Shown: positions 38,656 through 47,653, counted from the first letter of the stretch. The stretch: 64,000 bases of DNA from Parcubacteria group bacterium Gr01-1014_13 (GCA_007376295.1 VMGB01000004.1:6569-70568); one strand, 5' to 3'. Notes: generated by a model not told the origin, from the letters alone. Program-made: numbers and translations.

Positions 38656-39654
38656 TTAAGAAGTATACAATTCTGCAATTTCTATCAAACGATTCGCATA
38701 ACCAACTTCGTTGTCATACCATGCTACAACTTTTACCAAATTACCACCCACAACATTCGTTAATTTTAAATCCACAATCGCAGAATGCGTATTGCCCACA
38801 AAATCTGAAGACACTAGTTCTTCACTGGTAGTAGTAAGCACGCCGGCAAATCTTTCAGTCTTGGAAGCATCGATCATCGCTTGGTTAATTTCTTCTTTGG
38901 TTACATTTTTCTTTAGCAAAACAGTCATATCAGAAACAGACACAGTTGGCACTGGCACGCGCAGAGCCAGTCCGTCAAAAACATTTACCAGACTAGGAAT
39001 AACTTCCGTAACAGCTATAGCGGCCCCGGTAGTGGTGGGTACAATATTTTGGGCAGCGGCCCTAGCTCGGCGCAAATCTTTATGCGGGCCGTCTTGTAAG
39101 TTTTGATCAGCTGTATAGCCATGAGCGGTGGTCATCATCGCCTTTTCTATACCAAATGTTTCGTTTAGCACAGCCATTACCGGTCCAATGCTGTTGGTGG
39201 TGCAAGACGCATTGTTAATGACCGCAGAAGTCTCCTTGTGGCATTTGGCGCAGTTTACAGCGCGTACATAGGTCGGCACATCTCCGCCCTTGGCCGGAGC
39301 GCTGATAATAACCTTTTCGGCACCAGCTTTGATATGCATTTCTGCCCCCTCTTTATTAGTAAACCGGCCTGTACACTCCAAAACTACTTCCACTTTTAAT
39401 TTTCCCCAAGGCAAAGCAGTCGGATCTTTTTCGGCAAATACAGGAATTTTATGACCATCAACAATCAAATTTTTCTCATCATGTTCTACGGACAAATCAT
39501 ATTGGCCGTAAGCAGTATCATATTTTAATAAATGCGCCAATGTTTTGGTATCAGTTAAATCATTGATAGCAACAACCTTTATATTTTTTTTGGTCATAGC
39601 AACTTTGAAAGCTTGTCGACCAATACGACCGAAACCGTTTATTGCAATGTTCAT
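38656..39654 (-). CDS. gap: Type I glyceraldehyde-3-phosphate dehydrogenase
   Basis: AINGFGRIGR, NASCTTN, WYDNE. Confidence 0.98.
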   Translation of the reverse strand: MNIAINGFGRIGRQAFKVAMTKKNIKVVAINDLTDTKTLAHLLKYDTAYGQYDLSVEHDEKNLIVDGHKIPVFAEKDPTALPWGKLKVEVVLECTGRFTNKEGAEMHIKAGAEKVIISAPAKGGDVPTYVRAVNCAKCHKETSAVINNASCTTNSIGPVMAVLNETFGIEKAMMTTAHGYTADQNLQDGPHKDLRRARAAAQNIVPTTTGAAIAVTEVIPSLVNVFDGLALRVPVPTVSVSDMTVLLKKNVTKEEINQAMIDASKTERFAGVLTTTSEELVSSDFVGNTHSAIVDLKLTNVVGGNLVKVVAWYDNEVGYANRLIEIAELYTS

Positions 39655-39669
39655 AGAAAAAAACAAAAA

Positions 39670-39999
39670 TTAATAAACTATTAAAACGGACACTACTATA
39701 ACAACAAAGATAGCGGCCAACCAGCCAAGCGTATAGAATAACATCGTTAATGCTTCTTTCTTTTGGTTATCTAAATACAACAAAAGAGGTCTGCCCAAAA
39801 CTAAAACTCCCATTATAGTTGCTGATAGAACTAACAGGAGCAACATTATAATCGGCGCAAAAAATTCCGGAACACTTTTAAACATTTTTTCCAGTCCAAG
39901 ATTAAAAAATAGGGCTATACAAAAAATATACGCAAATGCCAATAAGGCGTGCCCCAACGAATGTCCCAGTAATTTTTTATTCATATTTGCAAAGCCCAT
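39670..39999 (-). CDS. Hypothetical membrane protein (3 TM)
   Basis: Hydrophobic; LLLVLSATIMGVLVLGRPLLLYLD. Confidence 0.75.
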   Translation of the reverse strand: MGFANMNKKLLGHSLGHALLAFAYIFCIALFFNLGLEKMFKSVPEFFAPIIMLLLLVLSATIMGVLVLGRPLLLYLDNQKKEALTMLFYTLGWLAAIFVVIVVSVLIVY

Positions 40000-40094
40000 G
40001 AAAAATAAATAACTTATCCTATTGAGATTATATCAGAACAAAACACCCAGCGCAAGGCTGAGTGTTTCTTGATTTTTATTGATGATTTTGTTTT

Positions 40095-42389
40095 TTAGAG
40101 GCTATTGAGCGCGGCGCGTGTAGCCGGACCAACATGACCCGGAGCAGTCGCAAATCCTTGATCTTTTTGGAAAGCAATTACGGCGGCTCTGGTAGCAGGA
40201 CCGAATGTTCCAGTGTCGGTAGGATAGGTAAAGAATCCTAATTCTCTAAGTTTGGCTTGCAGTGCCTTTACTTCGTTACCTTTGGAACCAACTCTTAAGT
40301 TACTAATAAATTCACCAAAAGCTTGTGCTTGTGGAGGAACCGCCGGAACTGGAGCAGAACTTTCACCAGCTGAAACTGCTGATTCCGAATTAAGGGCTGC
40401 GCGTGTAGCTGGACCAACTGAACCCGGAGCAGTCTTAAATCCTTGCGCTTTTTGGAAAGCGACGACTGCTGCCTTGGTGACTGCTCCAAATAAGCCAGTA
40501 TCAGTAGGATGTTTGAAGAAACCTAATTCTCTAAGTCTAGCTTGCAACTTTTTGACTTCTGCGCCCTTTGAACCGGGACCTAAATTTTGAACAAAGACTG
40601 CTACTGGGGAAGCTGTGGAAGGAAGAGAAACAGACGCGGGAGTGGCCGGGAAGGAAGGTATATCCAAAGAATCGCTGGGTACAGCTGGAGCGGTGGTCGG
40701 GACAGCCGGAATGGCTGGAGTTATAGAAGCGCCTCCTCCACCACCTCCGCCACCTCCTACAGATCCACTCGATCCACAAGCGTTGGTAGTTCCAGTTACG
40801 GAAGTTGATGTTGCTGTGGCTACATTATCACCATTTCGTCCGCTAACACTAAAGGTGCGGGTAGTACCACAGTTAATACCGCCTACTGAATAACTTCTAG
40901 ATGAAATTAATCCTGAATTAGTATTAGCAGTCTCATCTATTACCCAGTAGTTAGTAGATTCTCCAGACCAACTAAGGGTGAATCCATTGGCTTCGCCACT
41001 AAGAGAAACTGAAGAAGGTGTGTTGGCCAGGGTATATATAGTCGCTGCCGAGCTGAAACTCGAAGTCACCCGATCACCATTGACCGCAGCTACACTTATA
41101 GTATGGGTAGTATTAGCCGAAAGTCCGGTAGTACTAGTTCCATTAATCGCACCTAATTGAACAGCCGTAAAAGTAGTGCTGGAAGAAGTTCCCCAGGTGC
41201 CATCGCTTTGCAAATACTGAAGCGTCGTTCCACCAGTATCACGAACAACATAAGTGGTAGTAGCCGGATTACTGGAAGAATTAATAGTTACTGTAAAACT
41301 TGTTAAAGCAGCCGCGGATAAAGTAGGAGTTCCAGGAGTAGCAGCTAATGTAATAATATCAACAGCCGAGCTAAAAGTGGTGGTCACACGATCACCATTG
41401 ACCGCAGCGACGCTGATTCTGTGAATAGTGTTGGTGGCCAGACCGGTAGTACTCGTTCCATTAATCGCACCCAATTGAACAGCGGTAAATGTTGTTCCAG
41501 AAGAAGCGCCCCATGTCCCATCGCTTTGCAAATATTGGAGCGTGGCTTGGGCAGTGTCACGAACTATAAAAGTAGTTGTGGCAGGGTTGGAGGAAGAATT
41601 AATAGTTACCGTAAATCCTTGAGCAGTGGCAGCAGACAGAGTAGGAGCGCCAGGAGTATCAGCCAACGTCATAATATCCGCAGACGCACTAAAGCTTGTG
41701 GTCACATTGTCCCCATTAACTGCGGCCACGCTGATTCTGTGAAGCGTGTTAGTGGCCAGACCAGTAGTGCTAGTTCCATTAATCGCACCTAATTGAACAG
41801 CCGTAAAAGTAGTGTTAGAAGAAGCTCCCCAGGTCCCATTGCTTTGCAAATACTGGAGCGTGGCTTGAGCAGTATCGCGAACAATATAGGTAGTTGCGGC
41901 TACCACATTGGAGGATGAGTTAATGGTTACGGTGAATCCTTGAGCAGTGGCAGCCGATAAAGTGGGGGTGCCAGGAGTATCAGCTAGAGTATAAGTTAGC
42001 GAGGATGTAGCATAGGACGAGGTGGCACCTGCAGCATCACCACCGGCAGCACCAAGGTAATAGGCTGTATTTGTAGCTAAACCGTTAACTGTAAAACTAA
42101 CAGTGCTAGTATTAGTTATGACAGCTATTTGTGCGGCAGTAGGAACTCTGTTAGTTGAGCTGGCCACTACCCACTTAGAACCACTAAAGCCAGCATCTGC
42201 CGTCCAATTATAAGTAATAGATTGAGCTGTGACAGCGCTAGTGGATGTTGGCGCTATCGGCGCAGAGGTCGCAGCGAAAACGTTGCTTATTTTAAAAACC
42301 AAAAAAGTCAGACTTAAAAGCCCAACTAAAAAACTGAACACTAGCATCTTGCCTGTGAACATCTTTTTTTGCAAAGAAGACACGCTCAT
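40095..42389 (-). CDS. Secreted Ser/Thr-rich surface protein with FN3-like repeats and two C-terminal peptidoglycan-binding domains
   Basis: Signal peptide ending VFA, three ~106-aa repeats, Gly/Pro linker, 2x GSKG.EV..LQ..L..LG....DTG.FG..T..AV.AFQ. Confidence 0.88.
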   Translation of the reverse strand: MSVSSLQKKMFTGKMLVFSFLVGLLSLTFLVFKISNVFAATSAPIAPTSTSAVTAQSITYNWTADAGFSGSKWVVASSTNRVPTAAQIAVITNTSTVSFTVNGLATNTAYYLGAAGGDAAGATSSYATSSLTYTLADTPGTPTLSAATAQGFTVTINSSSNVVAATTYIVRDTAQATLQYLQSNGTWGASSNTTFTAVQLGAINGTSTTGLATNTLHRISVAAVNGDNVTTSFSASADIMTLADTPGAPTLSAATAQGFTVTINSSSNPATTTFIVRDTAQATLQYLQSDGTWGASSGTTFTAVQLGAINGTSTTGLATNTIHRISVAAVNGDRVTTTFSSAVDIITLAATPGTPTLSAAALTSFTVTINSSSNPATTTYVVRDTGGTTLQYLQSDGTWGTSSSTTFTAVQLGAINGTSTTGLSANTTHTISVAAVNGDRVTSSFSSAATIYTLANTPSSVSLSGEANGFTLSWSGESTNYWVIDETANTNSGLISSRSYSVGGINCGTTRTFSVSGRNGDNVATATSTSVTGTTNACGSSGSVGGGGGGGGGASITPAIPAVPTTAPAVPSDSLDIPSFPATPASVSLPSTASPVAVFVQNLGPGSKGAEVKKLQARLRELGFFKHPTDTGLFGAVTKAAVVAFQKAQGFKTAPGSVGPATRAALNSESAVSAGESSAPVPAVPPQAQAFGEFISNLRVGSKGNEVKALQAKLRELGFFTYPTDTGTFGPATRAAVIAFQKDQGFATAPGHVGPATRAALNSL
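41031..41987 (-). repeat. Three tandem intragenic repeats (321, 318, 318 bp)
   Basis: Units start LA(D/A)TPG.PTLSAA at 41987, 41666 and 41348; near-identical VQLGAINGTSTTGL core. Confidence 0.9.
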
Positions 42390-42489
42390 AAATTAAAAGA
42401 ATTTTTATCCTAGTTAGGCCTAGGAATGAAAGATAATTAAAACTTAATTTAAATTATACACTATTTTTTATTTATACTGAAGTTTAATC

Positions 42490-42498
42490 TGGGGATAA
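42490..42498 (-). promoter_or_regulatory. DnaA-box-like site (TTATCCCCA) upstream of TATAAT
   Basis: One mismatch to TTATCCACA; 31-nt gap to the -10 hexamer at 42453-42458. Confidence 0.5.
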
Positions 42499-42502
42499 CT
42501 AA

Positions 42503-42528
42503 AAGAACGTCCCACATAGGACGTTCTT
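42503..42528 (-). terminator. Intrinsic terminator after 42551..43933
   Basis: aagaacgtcc-cacata-ggacgttctt. Confidence 0.75.
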
Positions 42529-42550
42529 AAATTTTTAATTTTGTAATTTT

Positions 42551-43933
42551 TTACAAGCTGTTAAGCGCGGCGCGCGTAGCCGGACCAACATGACCTGGGT
42601 ATGGTTTTAATCCTTGATCTTTTTGGAAAGCTACCACCGCTTTTCGGGTAACTCCACCAAAGAATCCGGTGTCGGTAGGATAAGTGAAGAAACCTAATTC
42701 TCTAAGTTTGGCTTGCAATGCCTTTACTTCATTACCTTTGGAACCGACTCTAAGTTGTGTGCGGAACACGGCAACTGGTGAAGCTGTAGATGGTAATGAA
42801 ACTGAAGCTGGAGCGGCTGGTGTAGCAGGGGTAGCTGGTTCTGCCGGAGTAACACTGGGAACAGCCGGTGTAGCTGGGGTTGCTGGAATAGCTGAAAAAG
42901 GATTCTGTGGTTGGCCACCTCCGCCACCACTTCCGCCACCTACAACCGCACCCGATCCACAAGCGTTAGTAGTTCCAGTTACAGCCGTTGTTGTTGCTGT
43001 GGATATTTCATCACCATTTCGTCCGCTGACGGTAAAGCTATGAGTCGTACCACAATTAATGCCGGTGACCGTATAACTAGTTCCAGAAATGTACCCTGAA
43101 TTAGTACCCGCAGTATCATCTGAAGCAAGGTAATCGGTAGCATCTCCAGTCCAGCTAAAGGTGAGGCTGTTTGCGCTAGCAGCGACAGTAGGAGCAGAAG
43201 GTGTGTTGGCAAGAGTATAAAAAGTTGCGGCGGCAGTGCTGAAACTGGTAGTTACGCCATCGCCGTTGACCGCGGCCACAGCTATGGTATGCGTAGTATT
43301 GGCGGTAAGTCCAGTAGTACTAGTTCCATTAATCGCACCCAATTGGACAGCTGTAAAAGAGGTGGAAGAGGAAGCACCCCAAGTCCCATCGCTTTGTAAA
43401 TACACAGGCGTGGTTCCACCACTATCACGAACTATGAAAGTAGTATTGGACGGATTAGTTGAAGAATTAATGGTTACTGTAAAACTTGTAGTTGATGTAG
43501 CAGATTTAGATGGCGTGCCTGGGGTAGCGGCTAAAGTATAAACCGCTGAAGAAGTAGCATAGGATGAAGTGGCACCTGTAGCATCACCACCGGCAGCACC
43601 GAGGTAGTACAATGTATTTGTAGCTAAACCGTTGGCTACGAAACTAACGGTACTAGTATTAGTTATTTCAGCTATTTGTGCAGCAGTAGGAACTCTGTTA
43701 GTTGAAGTAGCCACAACCCACTTAGAACCACTAAAACCAGTCGCAGCTGTCCAAGTATAAGTTATAGTCTGAATACCAACAGCGCTAGTGGATGTTGGCG
43801 CTATCGGCGCAGCGGTCGCCGCAAAAACTTTATTCGCAATAAGAATTAAAAAAGTCAGACTTAAAAGTCCAACTAAAAAAATGGACAACAATTTTGTTGT
43901 GCTCATTTTTTCCCGCAGAGAAGACACGCTCAT
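42551..43933 (-). CDS. Secreted Ser/Thr-rich surface protein, shorter paralogue of 40095..42389 with one peptidoglycan-binding domain
   Basis: Same architecture, one copy of the repeat unit, long DNA stretches identical to the neighbour. Confidence 0.88.
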   Translation of the reverse strand: MSVSSLREKMSTTKLLSIFLVGLLSLTFLILIANKVFAATAAPIAPTSTSAVGIQTITYTWTAATGFSGSKWVVATSTNRVPTAAQIAEITNTSTVSFVANGLATNTLYYLGAAGGDATGATSSYATSSAVYTLAATPGTPSKSATSTTSFTVTINSSTNPSNTTFIVRDSGGTTPVYLQSDGTWGASSSTSFTAVQLGAINGTSTTGLTANTTHTIAVAAVNGDGVTTSFSTAAATFYTLANTPSAPTVAASANSLTFSWTGDATDYLASDDTAGTNSGYISGTSYTVTGINCGTTHSFTVSGRNGDEISTATTTAVTGTTNACGSGAVVGGGSGGGGGQPQNPFSAIPATPATPAVPSVTPAEPATPATPAAPASVSLPSTASPVAVFRTQLRVGSKGNEVKALQAKLRELGFFTYPTDTGFFGGVTRKAVVAFQKDQGLKPYPGHVGPATRAALNSL

Positions 43934-44030
43934 AAATTAAAAAAGTTTTTAACCCAGCTAAGGCTGAGAATAATAAATTTAAAGGTTAAAAATATTATAC
44001 CATAAAATTGCAATTTTTCTACAATCCCCC

Positions 44031-44039
44031 TGTGGATAA
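44031..44039 (-). promoter_or_regulatory. Consensus DnaA box (TTATCCACA) upstream of an extended -10 promoter
   Basis: Perfect match; 31-nt gap to the TATAAT hexamer at 43994-43999, which is preceded by TGn. Confidence 0.6.
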
Positions 44040-44045
44040 CTAAAT

Positions 44046-44082
44046 AAAAATGACCCCTGAATTTATTCTCGGGGTCATTTTT
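44046..44082 (-). terminator. Intrinsic terminator after tsf
   Basis: aaaaatgacccc-tgaatttattctc-ggggtcattttt. Confidence 0.85.
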
Positions 44083-44100
44083 AAATTTTAAATTAAATAT

Positions 44101-44973
44101 TTACTTCAATTGCGCTTCTACCTCGGCGGCAAAATCGGTGGTTTCTTTTACCAGACCTGCGCCCAATTCAAACCTTTCCATTTTGGAAATACTAATATTT
44201 TCTCCCAATAGTTTTTGAACAGTTTTTTCTTCATCTTTAATAAACGGCTGTTCTAACAAACAAATTTCACTATAAAATTTGTCCAATTTGCCAGTCAAGA
44301 TTTTTTCAATCGCGGCTTCTGGTTTACCTTGTTGTTTTAGCTGTTCGGTAAAAATTTCTTTTTCTTTTTCTACTAATTCGGCCGGCACCTGATCGCGGCT
44401 GACATATTTCGGGTTGGATGCGGCGGCATGCATAGCAATATCGGTTGCCAAACCAGCGTGATCGCTATTCTTTAATAGAATCAAAACAGAAATCTTGCCG
44501 CCCAAATGTGAGTAGGCGCCAAAAACATCGCTAGAATCTTTTTCTACTACCGCAAAACGGCGTAAAGAAATCTTCTCTCCGATTTTGGCTGTCAGATTAT
44601 TTAAACGATCCTGCAAAGTTTCATCACCAATTTTTTCTGTCATAGCTTGCTCAACTGTTTGCGGCTTGCTGGCGAGTAATGCGTCAGCAAAATCGCTGAC
44701 CAATTTTCTAAAATCTTCATTTTGAGCCACAAAATCTGTTTCGGAATTTACTTCAAGAATCACAGCTGTGTTACCATCTGTTTTTATTTGAGTAGTGCCT
44801 TCGGCCGCGACTTTATCTGTGCGCTTGGCCGCTTTTACAATACCTTTTTTACGAAGTATCTCCCCTGCCTTTTCCAGATCACCTTCGGCTTCATCCAAAG
44901 CTTTCTTGCAATCCATCATACCAGCACCAGTCATTGATCTAAGTTTGGCTACATCTGATGCGCTTACTGACAT
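44101..44973 (-). CDS. tsf: Translation elongation factor Ts
   Basis: LRSMTGAGMMDCKKAL, EVNSETDFVA, IGEKI.LRRF, LLEQPF. Confidence 0.98.
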   Translation of the reverse strand: MSVSASDVAKLRSMTGAGMMDCKKALDEAEGDLEKAGEILRKKGIVKAAKRTDKVAAEGTTQIKTDGNTAVILEVNSETDFVAQNEDFRKLVSDFADALLASKPQTVEQAMTEKIGDETLQDRLNNLTAKIGEKISLRRFAVVEKDSSDVFGAYSHLGGKISVLILLKNSDHAGLATDIAMHAAASNPKYVSRDQVPAELVEKEKEIFTEQLKQQGKPEAAIEKILTGKLDKFYSEICLLEQPFIKDEEKTVQKLLGENISISKMERFELGAGLVKETTDFAAEVEAQLK

Positions 44974-45006
44974 ATATTTTTGAAGTTAATGTTAGAGTGT
45001 AAAATT

Positions 45007-45789
45007 TTAGATTGATTCTTCTTTTTTTAGAGCTCGTCTTTCTATCTTTACCGCGTCCTGTTTTACCGGTTCTTCTTTGGCGCGCTCTAATTTTTTCTTT
45101 TCGAATTCTTTTCGGCCTTCGTTTATCGCTTCAGCTATTAAATCCGTAATTAATTTTATAGAATTGACAGCGTCGTCATTGGCCGGGATAGCGTAGTTAA
45201 CTTTTTCTGGATTAACATTGGTATCGCAAACAGCTACGGTTGGCACTTCAGTTCTTTCAGCTTCAGCCAAAGCGGTTTTTTCGGTGCGCATATCAGCGAT
45301 ATATAGCGCGTCTGGCATTTTGTCCAAGGTTGTTAAACCGATTAAATATTTATCCAATTTTTCCAATTGTTTCTTCATTGTTACTTGTTCTTTTTTAGTA
45401 TATTTTTCGATTTCACCTGTAGCAAACATTTCTTTCAAGTCATGATATTTTTTCAAACGACGTTTAACTTCTCCAAAATTGGTAAGCAATCCGCCGATCC
45501 AGCGTTCTACCAAATATGGCTGTTCACAGCTAACCGCAGCTGCCTTGGTAATTTCTCTGGCCTGGCGTTTTGTGCCGACAAATAAAATAACTTGACCTTT
45601 TGCGGCCAAATTTTTGACGTAATTTAGAGCTTTATCAAGTTGAACTTGAGTTTTCTCCAAATCGATAATATGCACGCCATTACGAACACCAAAGATGTAT
45701 TGTTCCATCTTGGGGTGCCAGCGTGATTTCTGGTGGCCAAAGTGTACTCCGGCCTTTAACATTTCCAACAAAGTCGGCATCTTGCTCAT
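45007..45789 (-). CDS. rpsB: 30S ribosomal protein S2
   Basis: AGVHFGH, WHPKM, FVGTK, RWIGGLLTN, DTN, PANDD. Confidence 0.99.
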   Translation of the reverse strand: MSKMPTLLEMLKAGVHFGHQKSRWHPKMEQYIFGVRNGVHIIDLEKTQVQLDKALNYVKNLAAKGQVILFVGTKRQAREITKAAAVSCEQPYLVERWIGGLLTNFGEVKRRLKKYHDLKEMFATGEIEKYTKKEQVTMKKQLEKLDKYLIGLTTLDKMPDALYIADMRTEKTALAEAERTEVPTVAVCDTNVNPEKVNYAIPANDDAVNSIKLITDLIAEAINEGRKEFEKKKLERAKEEPVKQDAVKIERRALKKEESI

Positions 45790-45865
45790 ATTTTCCTTAT
45801 TATTGCCTCCTAGCCTTGCCCCGGAATGGTCCGTAGGGAGGAAAAAATTGGCTAGCGAGAGATTA
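45790..45865 (-). promoter_or_regulatory. Putative S2 autoregulatory leader of rpsB-tsf
   Basis: 5'UTR stem CUAGCC...GGCUAG followed by GAGG, enclosing a GC-rich inner hairpin; position matches known rpsB leaders. Confidence 0.55.
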
Positions 45866-45987
45866 AATTAAGATATGGACAGTATATATGAATGGCGACA
45901 AGAAGTCAAGAACCCTTGCTGGACACGTCTGAAAATAAAAAACTCTTGAGCATCTGTACTTTAAAGTACGAACACTCAAGAGGTTAT

Positions 45988-46680
45988 TCATAACGAAATA
46001 TTGTTATCTGCGAGAAAACGACGTATCTCTACGACAGAGACAAGAACCGATTTCTCGCCCCCACCGAGACTCAACTTGTGGACGGCGATAAGCTTTCCGG
46101 TCGTCGCCGAGAAAACAGGCTGACCCGAGGAACCATCATTGGCAGGCAACATGACGAGGAGCCCGGCCTTGAAATTTGCCGGTTCGGCAGGACGCATGTC
46201 AACGAAGAACGGAACGGTCATGACCTTACCCCACACCGTCGTGGGGCCTCGCCCGCCCGGATATCCGATGCCATAAGTTGGATCACCGGCGTTAACCTCC
46301 TTGTCATCAGCAAAGCTGACAACGGATCCAACCGTCAAACCGTTGACCCGCAAAAGCGCCAAATCACGGGTAGGGTCATTGGCAACGACGGTCGCCATGA
46401 AATTTGATTCGGTGCCATCAGCGCGCTTGATTACAACTATGATCGCGCTGCTTCCAGCACGCCGTATGACGTGCTCGTTGGTCAGAACAAGACCGTTCTT
46501 AGAGATGATCACTCCCGAACCTTGTCCAGACTCGACAACATCGATGCGGACTGAAGCGAGAACGTTAGCATCGTGAGCGACTAACGGAAACGGGGCAGGA
46601 AGCTGAACGATGGGCTTTGGCGCAGAAGCGCAGGCAGCGAGGATAAAACAAAAGGCGATGGAAAGACGACGGGTTTGCAT
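45988..46680 (-). CDS. Trypsin-like (S1C/HtrA-type, no PDZ) serine protease, probable lipoprotein
   Basis: Lipobox LAAC, GSGVII, LTNEHV (His), DLALL (Asp), GSSGQP (Ser); AAGGAG SD before MQTRR. Confidence 0.85.
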   Translation of the reverse strand: MQTRRLSIAFCFILAACASAPKPIVQLPAPFPLVAHDANVLASVRIDVVESGQGSGVIISKNGLVLTNEHVIRRAGSSAIIVVIKRADGTESNFMATVVANDPTRDLALLRVNGLTVGSVVSFADDKEVNAGDPTYGIGYPGGRGPTTVWGKVMTVPFFVDMRPAEPANFKAGLLVMLPANDGSSGQPVFSATTGKLIAVHKLSLGGGEKSVLVSVVEIRRFLADNNISL

Positions 46681-46775
46681 GTGACTCCTTGGTTTGAGAA
46701 AGAACGACCATAACATGCCACGCATTGGTCATCTTGTCAAGTGTATACAATATACACTGCTAATTTTAATAACAA

Positions 46776-46824
46776 AAAAACCCCGCCTCAATATCCGCTT
46801 TTTGAACGAAATCGAGACGAGGGA
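46776..46824 (-). repeat. Terminator-like long hairpin, copy 1 of a direct repeat
   Basis: 40/44 identical (manual alignment) to 47605-47653; U tract on the minus strand. Confidence 0.85.
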
Positions 46825-46827
46825 GTT

Positions 46828-47400
46828 CTACTTACAAAGAACGAGAATACCATACCGAGAATGCATTTGGGCACGAGAATTATCGAGCCAAAACCTACGA
46901 AATGTCCCTTCAACGGTGACAAATGGTCCAAGAACGGCGGGGTCTTCTGAGTAATCACCGCACACCGAGCAGGAATCCTTACTGCTTGCGTACACCCTTT
47001 CCCACTTTGCGACTTCGTTGGAGTGATCATACAGGAAATTCGCCAGATCATAGATATTGGCCAGGGTGTAACCCTCCTTGACCAAACGAGCTGGACCGTC
47101 CCATCTCTTCTCACCATCAAGGTACCGCTCCACCATCAAGCTCACGCTCCTTAGAGCACCACCAATTTTAATCGGAAAGTGCTCAGGGGTGATTAAAGGG
47201 TGGATTCCTCTGAGGTTGTTCTCGCCGACCGCACGATTGATGAGGAATGTGAGATTGCTCGACTGACTGCGGGTAGTCTGTAAACCCACGAGGAAACGAG
47301 CAGGACCTTCGAGGAACGTCTGTAAGTTAGAACTTGTGATTTTTCCTTCTTCGACAAGACGAAAAAAATGTTGCATCTGCGGGAATGTTGGTGTACTCAT
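46828..47400 (-). CDS. Hypothetical protein (190 aa), remote paralogue of 692..1264
   Basis: AAGGAG SD before MSTPTF; shares leader hairpin with 692..1264 and a similar C-terminal layout. Confidence 0.75.
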   Translation of the reverse strand: MSTPTFPQMQHFFRLVEEGKITSSNLQTFLEGPARFLVGLQTTRSQSSNLTFLINRAVGENNLRGIHPLITPEHFPIKIGGALRSVSLMVERYLDGEKRWDGPARLVKEGYTLANIYDLANFLYDHSNEVAKWERVYASSKDSCSVCGDYSEDPAVLGPFVTVEGTFRRFWLDNSRAQMHSRYGILVLCK

Positions 47401-47496
47401 ACCATCTCCTTGGCCCAATGGTAGTCAATCAACGTCTCGGCACTATTGCCTACTGCGCTGTTGATAGACCAAATAGGTCAAAATGAAGGTGGGTGG

Positions 47497-47595
47497 ATTC
47501 CCAACCTTCTTTTGAGTCTGTAAACAGAACCAAAACAAAGCTGGGAATATTGTAAAAGAACAGATAAATATACAACAAAATATATCATTTGTCAA
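47497..47595 (-). promoter_or_regulatory. Sigma70 promoter and long leader hairpin
   Basis: TTGACA(47595-47590)-17-TATATT; stem AUUCCCAGCUUUGUUUUG/CAAAAGAAGGUUGGGAAU. Confidence 0.7.
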
Positions 47596-47604
47596 GGGAA
47601 AAGA

Positions 47605-47653
47605 AAAACCCCCGCACCGATATCCGCTTTTTGAGCGAAATCGAGACGAGGGA
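47605..47653 (-). repeat. Terminator-like long hairpin, copy 2
   Basis: Near-identical to 46776-46824. Confidence 0.85.

Noticed and set aside
46776-47653. CRISPR array
   Set aside because: Only two repeat copies about 830 bp apart with a gene between them; no cas genes
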